A DNA stretch of 63,917 nt, counting the filler, from Octopus bimaculoides (Eukaryota): the NCBI RefSeq assembly GCF_001194135.2. It is 7 parts of 5 records of this genome, joined end to end, with 100 filler letters (N's around TTAATTAATTAA, not from the genome) between each part and the next. Parts side by side here need not be neighbours in the genome. Positions count along the whole stretch, not along the records: positions 1 to 18,882 come from NC_068987.1; 6 more parts are not named here. One strand, given 5' to 3'. The notes under the pieces are model-generated. The model made no database searches and was not told the DNA's origin. It saw only the letters and a list, made by a program, of their open reading frames with translations. The first letter of the stretch is position 1. Each line of letters begins with the position of its first letter. The translations under genes and the position numbers were made by a program. This document shows, piece by piece, positions 1 to 11,436 of the stretch.

Positions 1-19
1 ATATATATATATATATTTG

Positions 20-238
20 TGTGTGTGTGTGTCTGTATTTGTCCCACCAGCCATCGCTTAACAACCGATATTGGTGTGTATATGGTCCCGTAACTTAGTG
101 GTTCGACAAAACAGACCGATAGAGTAAGTACTAGGCTTACAAAGAATAAGTCCCTGAGTCGATTTCTTCGACTAAAAGCGTTTAAGGCTACAGTCAGGTG
201 ACTGAAACAAGTAAAAGAATACAAGAATAAAAGAATTT
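20..238 (+). mobile_element. SINE family B, 3' half
   Basis: Matches the 3' half of the full copy at 55150-55558 (gatagagtaagtactaggctt...gtcgatttcttcgactaaa...gactgaaacaagtaaaagaata). Confidence 0.85.
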
Positions 239-1751
239 AAAGGTCACGATTTATTGCCAGACTAAGCATGAATCTCAACAGTCTCTACCACCTCCAAACT
301 TTCAGATACAAATACATCAACCCAAAGCACTACTACAACATCTTAAGAACACTATCTTTTCCGCTTAGATCAGAGAAACTTTAAAAAAAACTTTATACAC
401 ACAGAAACATCTTCATTGTCATCCATCACGACGATCAACCAATATGAGCTCACGCATTGACAAAGTTCACGATGCTCAGCTCAACTTTGACCACCACCAG
501 AATCAACGTGTGTACAGAAATAGACTGGACATCAGATAAAGGTGCAATATGTCCAGACAGCTACACTGTACTACATTCGATTTATCATTGCATGTTGGAG
601 TTGAAATTGATGCTCTTCAGTATGGTTACCAAGTATTACACTTTCTCTATTCCTGTACACTAATATATTCTAGAGGTGACTAATCTTAAGGCGAGAAAGG
701 TGTAATCCATCAGTTCGCAAAATATGCAATTACTCTGCATTTGTTGCCGTCACGTGTCCTAATAGTGTTTGGAGGCCAGTAAGGCTATTGATACCGTAAC
801 TCTTTCTGCGCTTTATAACGGTCGTCTTCGGTTTTTGTTTCTCTGGACTGAGAGGAAGCGATAAGAACACCATTGTTGCAAAAGTGCTCTGGACTGTTGT
901 CTTGTGTATAGCAGTGACTTTTATCATATAGTTACACAAGAATGATTGGGGTTGAAGTTTACTGTGACACTCATGTATCCATGCGGTTTCTCATCTTAAA
1001 TCATTTTTCTCTCGTTGTATTGGCAGTCCATGGCTATGTTCTATGTACAACCAGTGATGATGTGTGGATTGTTGCTTTAGTTATTCTATTGCTGTTTGTT
1101 GCAGAGGAATTGAGGGCTAATGCAGGGATGACATAATATATAATAGCTCTTATGAATTTATGCTTATACACCCTTGTTTCATGTTTATTTTTCTGTTGGC
1201 CAAACGTGGAGCCTGAAATTGCTCTAAACGTGGTTGAGCGTCTTATGGTTTTCTTTATAATATGCCAATCAACCCATCCACTTCTATAATAACTTAATAA
1301 ACAACAACGCTAACACTACACCTACCATCATCTTTGTGTTATCTCTACCATCATTGAGACCGCCATCAGTAACATACTATTACCATAACTGCATCACCAT
1401 CAACATGCAAACACCAAAACTACTACCACAAACACATATATACTATCTCTACTACCACAGAAACCACTGTCAACGCACACTCCCACTGTAAGACTATCCG
1501 TCATCGCCAACACCATTACCGCCGCTCAACACGACAACCATCAAACTGAAACAGAAGGCTGATAAACAGGAATTTCATGTCTGAAACGTAATTTCCATAA
1601 TACTATAAATTGGCCGTCTGAGAAATTCGATTGACCAATTTTTGTCCTAAAGAGAAACGTAGAGCAATCTAGAAAAGATTCTATCTTTTTTTTATAAAAT
1701 AATTACTCATTGCGAAACTTTTTAGACACTTTCAGGCAGTTTTGATGGTTT

Positions 1752-1794
<43 letters not shown>

Positions 1795-2086
1795 NNNNNN
1801 NNNNNNNNNNNNNNNNNNNNNNNNNNNNNNNNNNNNNNNNNNNNNNNNNNNNNNNNNNNNNNNNNNNNNNNNNNNNNNNNNNNNNNNNNNNNNNNNNNNN
1901 NNNNNNNNNNNNNNNNNNNNNNNNNNNNNNNNNNNNNNNNNNNNNNNNNNNNNNNNNNNNNNNNNNNNNNNNNNNNNNNNNNNNNNNNNNNNNNNNNNNN
2001 NNNNNNNNNNNNNNNNNNNNNNNNNNNNNNNNNNNNNNNNNNNNNNNNNNNNNNNNNNNNNNNNNNNNNNNNNNNNNNNNNNNNNN

Positions 2087-2135
<49 letters not shown>

Positions 2136-2322
2136 TATATGTACATATACACATATATATATGTATATATGTATACATATATATATGTATATATATATTA
2201 TATGTATGTATATGCATATATATACATATATATATATATATGTGTATATCTGTACATATATGTATGCATATATGTATATATACACACATATAAGTATACA
2301 TATATGAATACGTATATATGTG

Positions 2323-2388
2323 AGGTACTACTAAAGCAGCGCGGACGCGCGACTGCGCGTGCGGGACCGTGCTGCTTTAGTAGTACCT
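2323..2388. mobile_element. Tiny GC-rich hairpin element (candidate MITE)
   Basis: Perfect 18-bp inverted repeat aggtactactaaagcagc / gctgctttagtagtacct, inner hairpin acgcgc-gact-gcgcgt, flanked by direct repeat tatatgtg. Confidence 0.6.
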
Positions 2389-2464
2389 ATATGTGGATGT
2401 GTGGATGTATATATGTATGTACATTCTCATCACTATCTTCACTATAATCATCATTAATGTTATC

Positions 2465-2506
2465 ATAATCATCAACATCAACAACAACAACAATTTTATT
2501 GCCTTG

Positions 2507-2537
<31 letters not shown>

Positions 2538-2690
2538 CGTTACAATCAAATGTTACAGCCTCAATAACAAAGATTAACAAGAAAAACAGCAACAACAACA
2601 ACAACAATGATAACTACAATAATACTGCATCATAAACAACAACGTCATCAACAAACAATCATATTCACAACAACAACAACAACAATATTA
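2465..2690. repeat. Compound (AAC)n/(ATC)n trinucleotide low-complexity tract
   Basis: Runs of aacaacaac and atcatc seen directly. Confidence 0.9.
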
Positions 2691-2911
2691 TATATTCCAT
2701 AGAGCGTCGTTAGAGGGAGATTAAGTACTGTAGTCACACAGATATAATGTCTGTGTCGCTCTTGCACTTAGAGAAACGTGTGTGTGTGTGTGTGTGTGTG
2801 TGCGTGCGCGCGAGTGCGTATATACATATACACACACACGCACATATATATACACAGACACAAACATATTCATATAAATATACATATATTTATATATACA
2901 TATATATACGT

Positions 2912-2944
<33 letters not shown>

Positions 2945-3799
2945 TACATATATNNNNNNNNNNNNNNNNNNNNNNNNNNNNNNNNNNNNNNNNNNNNNNN
3001 NNNNNNNNNNNNNNNNNNNNNNNNNNNNNNNNNNNNNNNNNNNNNNNNNNNNNNNNNNNNNNNNNNNNNNNNNNNNNNNNNNNNNNNNNNNNNNNNNNNN
3101 NNNNNNNNNNNNNNNNNNNNNNNNNNNNNNNNNNNNNNNNNNNNNNNNNNNNNNNNNNNNNNNNNNNNNNNNNNNNNNNNNNNNNNNNNNNNNNNNNNNN
3201 NNNNNNNNNNNNNNNNNNNNNNNNNNNNNNNNNNNNNNNNNNNNNNNNNNNNNNNNNNNNNNNNNNNNNNNNNNNNNNNNNNNNNNNNNNNNNNNNNNNN
3301 NNNNNNNNNNNNNNNNNNNNNNNNNNNNNNNNNNNNNNNNNNNNNNNNNNNNNNNNNNNNNNNNNNNNNNNNNNNNNNNNNNNNNNNNNNNNNNNNNNNN
3401 NNNNNNNNNNNNNNNNNNNNNNNNNNNNNNNNNNNNNNNNNNNNNNNNNNNNNNNNNNNNNNNNNNNNNNNNNNNNNNNNNNNNNNNNNNNNNNNNNNNN
3501 NNNNNNNNNNNNNNNNNNNNNNNNNNNNNNNNNNNNNNNNNNNNNNNNNNNNNNNNNNNNNNNNNNNNNNNNNNNNNNNNNNNNNNNNNNNNNNNNNNNN
3601 NNNNNNNNNNNNNNNNNNNNNNNNNNNNNNNNNNNNNNNNNNNNNNNNNNNNNNNNNNNNNNNNNNNNNNNNNNNNNNNNNNNNNNNNNNNNNNNNNNNN
3701 NNNNNNNNNNNNNNNNNNNNNNNNNNNNNNNNNNNNNNNNNNNNNNNNNNNNNNNNNNTCTCTCTCTCTCTCTCTCTCTGTGTACTTGTATGTGCTTGT

Positions 3800-3920
3800 A
3801 TACGCGCGCGTTCATGAGTCCGCGTCTAGAAACCAGCTTCAAAATGGCTTGAGATTAAACAAACGTCCACCAGGCGGCAGTAGACTCGAGCTGATATGAC
3901 CGAGACACAAATGGCGTGAA
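3800..3920 (+). promoter_or_regulatory. Small CpG-rich island with CTCF-like and YY1-like motifs (putative regulatory site)
   Basis: cgcgcgcg and ccgcg clusters, ccaccaggcggcag at 3867-3880, aaaatggc at 3841 and aaatggcg at 3908. Motif resemblance only. Confidence 0.25.
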
Positions 3921-4344
3921 TTATTATAATTTAGTATAATGAATGTGTCCGTTCAATTTGTTTGTGTAGTTTTTTACACATTTTTTTTTGGTGTTCATGC
4001 TATGTTGTTTTATTGTTCTATGTTCATATTCTATTATTGTACTGCATATGTTTTATTGTACGAGACACGGTATTTCTATAGATGTAACTGTTGTTGTTAT
4101 TATTATTATTATTACTATTGTTGTTGTTGTTATTGTAATATAAATAATTCTCTATTCATATTTTCTTCTTTATGAATTAAGGGTGAGTTGCATCGTGTGG
4201 GAGGGAGCGGGATTTTTCAAGAAGGAAGTCTAAATCTTAGTAAAGAAATACAACATTGACAATAACAAACATAATAACAATAAGAAACAAAAGAAATAAC
4301 AATGACAATAAAATAACAAGAACATCAGCAACAACAACAACAAC

Positions 4345-4376
<32 letters not shown>

Positions 4377-4391
4377 CAACAACAATAATAA

Positions 4392-4604
4392 TGGTTTCAC
4401 ATTTTGGCACAAGGCCAGTAGTTTCGGAGAAGGGGGTAAGTTGATTAGGCAGATCCAAGTGTTCAACTGGTACCTATTTTATCAACTCCTGAAGGATGAA
4501 AGGCGAAGTCAGCCTCGGCGGAATTTGAAGTCAGAGCTCATAGATGGACGAAATGCCGCTAAACATCTTATCCAGCGTACTAACACTTCTACCAGCTCGT
4601 TACC
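4392..4604 (-). mobile_element. SINE family A (tRNA head plus Deu/Nin-like core)
   Basis: Reverse complement gives ggtaacgagctggtaga...acttcaaattccgccgaggctgacttcgcctttcatccttcaggagttgataaaataggtaccag; homologous to copies at 17842, 18083, 23943 and 38894. Confidence 0.85.
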
Positions 4605-4613
4605 AGTATAATC

Positions 4614-4660
<47 letters not shown>

Positions 4661-4661
<1 letters not shown>

Positions 4662-4843
4662 CAGTACCAGGCAGTGGCTATCGTGGCTTTTGATCTTAAT
4701 TGATTGGAAGTGTTATCATGTACATTGTTTTGTCTTGGTATAAAAGATGGGCTACAGCAAATATTCTGCTTAATACCACAGATTTGCTTGTCAATTGTTT
4801 GACCTTAACCAGTTGAGCATGTCCCTTGGTGGCTGACGATATG
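4661..4843 (-). mobile_element. Retroposon 3' tail family X ending in (ATT)n
   Basis: Near-identical to 35621-35729 and 36357-36552; abuts an (AAT)n run at 4608-4660. Confidence 0.75.
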
Positions 4844-4945
4844 AAGTGTTTTGCTCAAGAACACAACACACCGCTAGTCTAGGAATTGATACCATGATCT
4901 TGGGAGTGTAAGTGCAACACCCTAACCACTAGGTTATGCGCTTTC
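4844..4945 (-). mobile_element. SINE family C tRNA-derived head
   Basis: Reverse complement gaaagcgcataacctagtggttagggtgttgcactt...gtgttgtgttcttgagcaaaacactt matches the head of 8716-8966. Confidence 0.75.
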
Positions 4946-5055
4946 ACACACACATTTATGTATGTACGTATGTCTTCTCTTACTCTTTTTAATTTAGACT
5001 AAATTTTGACCGGCCATCGACTTGGTAGCAAAGTTGTGAAGGAAAGTATCCTGTT

Positions 5056-5392
5056 CTAACCGTTAAATCTTGAGAAGGTCTTGCAGATTTTTATAGTCCC
5101 AGATATCGTGATCATTTGTACCATATGAATTAAGGATTTGCATTCTCTCCTCAATATTCCAAGTTCAGCCATACTTTGCTCCAGACGGCTTGGTATGTAT
5201 CCTGGTGCTCCAGTAATAATGGGTATGATGCTGAAAGTGAATTTTGGGTACTGTAGTGGATTTGCAAACTCTTTATCAATGGTTCCTAGATGTCCTCTTT
5301 CTCTTGTATTTTTCTAACTACATTCATGTCTTGGGAACAGCTGATTTCCACAAAAGAACATATCTTTTCTTTGTAGTCCCACACAACGATGT
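5056..5392 (-). mobile_element. RLE-clade non-LTR retrotransposon 3' fragment (GTIKICKTF type)
   Basis: Minus translation IVVWDYKEKICSFVEISCSQDMNVVRKIQEKED*...IIPIITGAPGYIPSRLEQSMAELG...ISGTIKICKTFSRF*: decayed PD-(D/E)xK restriction-like endonuclease C-terminus. Confidence 0.8.
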
Positions 5393-6382
5393 ATGTATGT
5401 GTGTATGTATGTATACATGTATGTATTCTGCTATAAATGCGGAAGATACAGAACATCTTTCTTGAAGCACACTTAGAACCTGAAGAAAAGGTATATAAAT
5501 ATAGAATAAGTAAGTATGGCTAGTGCATATCTTATATAAATGATTCCAAACATGCCACCTGTGCACTTCAGAAAAGTGTAACATCATTTGGTTTCAAATA
5601 TGTTTCTTCGGCCGAATAAATTAAATGATAACTTTGCAATCGACGGAAAAAAATTCATTTTTAAAAACTGGTCCGTTTGCAAAATATCCGATTATGTGAA
5701 AACTGGAGTGAAGGAAGGCTAATGCTGACTATAACGGAACAAAGTAACTAACAAACTTACGAACTGATAAAAATAACAAGTAAAAGACACCAGATACTAT
5801 AATCACTGACAGAACCTCTACATAGTTAGAAAATAACGGACATAACACAAAAGAATAACATAATTCTAAAATAAAACTTCTTATAGAGTTAATACAGAAT
5901 AACAATTTGACATCTAATGCAATAAAGACTAACAATTTTGGTGAAACCGGATGTAATAATGAATTCGACAGAGACAAACCAACCGTTGAATTGGTCAATG
6001 AAAAGTGACAACACGCCAATTATCAAGAAGGCACAAATTAAGCAATGATCACAAATGGCGATCAAGAGGAAATGGAAATTATAACGAAAGCACTCTAGAT
6101 TAGCTAATAAATTGCAACAACAGAACAAAAACAGAAACACATCATCTTGTTAAAATAATATTTAGAATTTATCCAATCAAAATGATAGATACACACAGGA
6201 GAATACATTGATTTCATGTATATAAGACCAACCGGCTTGAAACATCGAAAAAAACTAGAACTGGAAGATCGCATTGGTGTGAAACTTGAGGCGAGAAGAA
6301 AGAATTCAGTTAATTTATCGATATACTCAACAGCTTATATTGAGTACTCTCCGTTTTTGTTTACAAACTGCAACATTCAAAT

Positions 6383-6398
6383 GTGTGTGTGTGTGTGT

Positions 6399-6479
<81 letters not shown>
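6383..6479. repeat. (GT)n microsatellite
   Basis: Seen directly; representative of dozens of (GT/CA)n, (AT)n, (ATAC)n and (ATCT)n tracts across the window. Confidence 0.97.
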
Positions 6480-6481
<2 letters not shown>

Positions 6482-8049
6482 TATGTGTCTATGTATCTAT
6501 GTATTCCACTATATGTTTATGCATTGATACTCACATACCTATTGTATAAATGTAGACGGTATCTGAATTTTTTTTAAATTTATAAACAGTTCTACTTTTT
6601 CACAGGACTAAATACATTACTTCTGTATTTCCAAAGTGATTCAAGCTATAACACTTTCACAAATTATCCTGATACCATACTGTCCTGTATAAAACTATCA
6701 CTTGTAGAAATACAACACTAAATATGTTAATTATCCACTAATATTTTTCTCCCAAATTATATTTGCTCCTAATTAGTTTTCTATGCTTCATGCATTAAAT
6801 ATGCTAATCCCACGCCAAACTTATCTGACAATAGCAGGATAGATAAAAATTATAATGTGAGTGGATCGAATTATCATTAGCATCATTGCAATAAGAAAAC
6901 GTTGGACTGAAAAATCATAAGAAGTAGAAAATATTTTACTAGTCCTAGAAATAGGCAAATGCTATAATGTGAGTGAATCAAGTCATTGTTAATTAGTTTA
7001 AAGAAATTGAAATAAAGAATAAGAAATATTGAACAGAAAACCATAAGAAGCAGAAAATATTCTACCGGTCTCAGAAGTTCGCCATATTTTATAGTGGGAT
7101 GTTCATTCGAAAACATAATAACATACATACATACATACATACATACATACATNNNNNNNNNNTAAACAGTAGCAGCACGACATCGTGAAGTATATTTTCC
7201 ACCTAAATGTGGCTGATCCATATGGGATGATGCCACTGCTGTTTATAGCCCCAGGAAGACATCTCCTCCAGCTGGCTAACACCACACTGTCTGTGTTCGA
7301 TCAGTATTTGCGAAGGGAAATCATCGTTCCCATCTCTAGCCTTACGCGACACATTACCCTTAAATATAACTTTACATCCATAGATTACATTTTTTAGTCT
7401 TACACTTATTTTTCACATGACAGGATTCCCATTTAGAACAATTGCAAAGATAATTTCTTGTATTTCTTTCAGGTTTAATTGTAATTTCATCATTCATGGC
7501 AGAATCAAATTCATTTTCACCAAGTTCTTTATTACTATTTACTCCTTTAGGTAACGTTACTTTTGTTCCATTTCGAGCTGAACATTTATTCGATTTGACA
7601 TTATAAACTATGTCAAATTGGGTTGTTTCCCTTCCAGCGACTTTTAAATTCTTAGCGTTCTCTTCTATTTGAGTTTTCTTTTTCTTTTCTTTTTTTTTCT
7701 TTTCATTCCGTTTGACGTTATTATCCTTAATATGCTACTCTAATATAATGGGAAATCGCTTTAGAAAGACAATAATAATAATAATAATAATAATTTTTTT
7801 TTTTTTTTTTTCTTAAATACATGTTTTACCTATGAATTTGCGTGTGTAAATTGGGAATGCATACAACGAGTTTCTCTGCCCTAGGTGTACGGAAAACACT
7901 CGGCGAGAAATGGGAGAAAATTTGAAGAAAGAAGAAGAAAAAAACATAATAATAATAATAGTTATAGTAATAATAATATATACTATACGACATCCAGCGT
8001 TTCTGGATGACTCTATAAATTCTAAAATTGCTAAAGAGTTTGGTGGTCA

Positions 8050-8126
8050 AGTAGTTTAGCTTAAACGGTAGAGCGTTCCAACTGGAAATTGAGGGCTCTG
8101 TGTTCGATCTTCATGGCTGGGTGCCA
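8050..8126 (+). pseudogene. Degenerate tRNA-like sequence (tRNA pseudogene or SINE head)
   Basis: tagcttaaacggtagagcg (D-arm/A-box like), caa-ctggaaa-ttg anticodon-like arm, gttcgatc (B-box), ends in gcca. T and acceptor stems do not pair. Confidence 0.4.
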
Positions 8127-8276
8127 GGAAAAATTTTTCTGCTTTTTTTTAAAAAAAGAAGTGTTTTATTCTTGTATATATATTGTTCAGTATTTACGCG
8201 TTGAATAAAATTTATCTTTCTTACTTGTTCTACAATACATTTCAACCCTTCGAAAACAAACTTGTTTGTTTTAATA

Positions 8277-8313
<37 letters not shown>

Positions 8314-8715
8314 TACATACATACATAAATGCATACGTACGTACATTTCATTAACTCATAAACTATGACAGTATGAAAGTTAACGGTCAAGATTATAACT
8401 GCTCATGCGCGAGATAGTCTGTCGTTATTCTACAATGTTGGCATGGATCTGAAGTACAAATAAACAGCATAGCAACGATGCAGTCTGGTTAAATAAGCTA
8501 CGAAGTACGTATTATGCAATCGTTTCACCCAAAACATCTGTCATGACAAATGAAAGTCTCCTGAAAGTTATTACAAAACTATCGAATGGGAAATCACTTT
8601 GAAAAGACAATTAAAGAAGTTCATTAGCCCACTTACAAATATTAAAATATACAACCACATTATATTATAGTGATTAATTTTGTTTTCTAAATATACTTCA
8701 TTGATTTTCTTCTGC

Positions 8716-8966
8716 GGAGGCGCGTGGCTTAGTGGTCTGGGTGTTGGGTTCGTGATCGCAAGATTCTGGTTCCGACTCCTGGACCGGATAACGTGTTGTG
8801 TTCTTGAGCAAAATTCTTCATTTCATATTGCTTCAGTCCACTCAACAGGCAAAAATGAGTAAACCTACGATGGACAGGCATCCCGTCCAGGTGGGGAAGA
8901 TATACGCGCCACAGAAACTGGGAAACTAGCCCCATGAGTCCATATGATTCAGAAAGAAACTTTATC
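8716..8966 (+). mobile_element. SINE family C, near full length
   Basis: A-box gtggcttagtgg, B-box-like ggttccgactcc, central atggacaggcatcccgtccagg motif typical of conserved-core tRNA SINEs. Confidence 0.8.
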
Positions 8967-9571
8967 TCTATTTCCTTCAACATTATTTAAAATTATTCAT
9001 ATTTACTCTGACATATGAATATGATTTCTGATCTTATATAAGAGTCTCACCTATGCTGTCTTATTTCCTCGCTCCTTTTAACAATTCCAGCAGCCTCACT
9101 AAAGGAATATTTTACAATAATTCAGTTCTGCACATGGACTGAACATGTTCATGCACACATTGCCTGTATGTTTAATCACGTTTTGATTATTCATATATTT
9201 TTCAAATACTATCTAATTCATTATTCAATTTTATCTATATTATTACTCATTTTTATCAATTATTTCAATTTTAACAACCTCATTTTAATTTCATCAAACA
9301 AAATATAGTCAATTTTTTCCCCATTATATCATATTCGTTATTGATTTCGATTATTTATGATTATATTGATTTTGAATTAGATATCTAACACGGTTTGTGT
9401 TCGAGCTCAACTGATTGTATACTAATATGATCACATAGACATGGTTCACTAATCTTGACCTAAACCGTTCTCTATCTTTCTTGAAATATCACCGTTATGT
9501 CGTTCATTTCTGCTCTGTAATATTCTTTCTATCCTTTTCTGGATATTTAATATTCTCAAGCAACCCCGCCT

Positions 9572-9962
9572 GTATTCTTGCTTTTATCTTTAACTTGTTT
9601 CATTCATTGGACTGATGTCATGCTAGGGCACCACCCTGAAGGGTTTAATTGAACAAAGCGATCCTAGTACTTAAAGTCTGGTACTTATTCTATCGGTTTC
9701 TTTTACCGAACCGCTATGTTAACAGGGCGTAAATAAACCAACACCATTTGTGAAGCGGAGGTGGAGAGCAAACACAAAGACACACATATATATGTGTGTG
9801 TTTGTGTGCGATGGAATTCTTTCAGTTTCCATCTATCAACTCCACTTACAGGGGTTTGGTCGGCCAGGATCTATAGCAAAAGATACTCATCCCAGATTTC
9901 ACGCAGTGGAACTGAACCCGGAAACAAGTGTTTAAGAAGCAAAATTCTTACCACGCTGCCAC
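9572..9962 (-). mobile_element. SINE family B, diverged full-length copy
   Basis: Reverse complement aligns with 55150-55558 including the internal (TA/TG) tract at about 9780-9810. Confidence 0.85.
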
Positions 9963-11004
9963 TAATTCTAACACACTAAAATTTTATCATTTTCCCCTCA
10001 TTAAACTATGTCGGGTTCATACTTAACTAATTTGACCTAAGATTGATCGTAAACCACAGAATTTTAAACGTCATCACGAGTAATTTTCAAAATTTAAATG
10101 TTAAATTATAAATTACATACTAACTGAATCCTTATTAGGGAAAGTAGAACGTTATTGATAATCGGAATGTATCGATAATCAACCTCCATGAATATGTAAA
10201 TTCAGTTCATTCCAAGTAATTTTCAAAATATTTTTTCATTTATTTATTCGTTTTCTTTATAACTTAAAATAGGTGACCCTACATAATTAACTTTATTAAA
10301 ACAGTGGACTTAACCATACCTCACCAATGAGATAGAGTTAGCGAATGTTAATGACTTTTTTTTTTTTTTTTTCTATTATAATCAAAATAGATTTTATTGT
10401 ACTAATGTCTAACATTGCTTTTTGACATATTAAAAACAACCTTTACCGCTCTCTGAATTTGTTATTCAAATTTCAAAATTATTTTTTCATTCCGAACGGA
10501 TAACAACAGTTTATTCTATACAATGTAATCAGTTGATCTCTTTCTACCCCCCNNNNNNNNNNNNNNNNNNNNNNNNNNNNNNNNNNNNNNNNNNNNNNNN
10601 NNNNNNNNNNNNNNNNNNNNNNNNNNNNNNNNNNNNNNNNNNNNNNNNNNNNNNNNNNNNNNNNNNNNNNNNNNNNNNNNNNNNNNNNNNNNNNNNNNNN
10701 NNNNNNNNNNNNNNNNNNNNNNNNNNNNNNNNNNNNNNNNNNNNNNNNNNNNNNNNNNNNNNNNNNNNNNNNNNNNNNNNNNNNNNNNNNNNNNNNNNNN
10801 NNNNNNNNNNNNNNNNNNNNNNNNNNNNNNNNNNNNNNNNNNNNNNNNNNNNNNNNNNNNNNNNNNNNNNNNNNNNNNNNNNNNNNNNNNNNNNNNNNNC
10901 TCTCTCTCTCTCTCTCTCCTGTGAATTACAGCAGACTACTAAATTAAGTGTTTTCATTTAATAATAACTTGAGTCCTTTTTCAGAAACGTAGACAATTTA
11001 GTTA

Positions 11005-11140
11005 ACAGGTTAACTTATTGGCACAGTCGTTAGAGCGTCAACTAGAATGCTATGCGGTATTTCTTTCGAGTTTCTGTGCTCTGGGTTCAAATCCCACAGA
11101 AGCTATCTTTACCGTTCCTCATTTCGAGGTTCATAAAAAT
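11005..11140 (+). mobile_element. SINE family A, diverged 5' part
   Basis: ttggcacagtcgttagagcg...gggttcaaatcccacagaagctatctttaccgttcctcatttcgaggttcataaaa. Confidence 0.7.
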
Positions 11141-11436
11141 TTATTATTCCACAGAATGCATTGCGGTATTGGTTCCGGTTCCTTGTATTTCGACGGCAAC
11201 ACCTGTGATGACACTGCAGCTGAGTTGTATCGTCTGACCATTCCTTTAGCAAACAACGGTGGTATAGAGAAAGAGAATGCGCATGCGTGGGCAACTGCCA
11301 TTGTTCTGCAAATAAATAATTTAGCCCAGGTCTGCGCCCTAAAGAGGAATTTTCCAGATGCAAAACCCGAGGATCAGCCACATGTATGCGCAGCTGTGTC
11401 CATTTATATACATGGACCAATTTGGTCAGAGTTATG

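Noticed and set aside
5729-6140. Hydrophobic minus-strand ORFs suggesting a membrane protein
   Set aside because: Hydrophobicity follows from the A-rich + strand; no family motif or convincing splice sites.
11130-11303. GPCR TM4-like reading (AVAHACAFSFSIPPLF) on the minus strand
   Set aside because: Lacks the conserved Trp, ends in a stop, no other TM exons found, and it could be the antisense shadow of the + frame. Kept only as an unassigned exon candidate.
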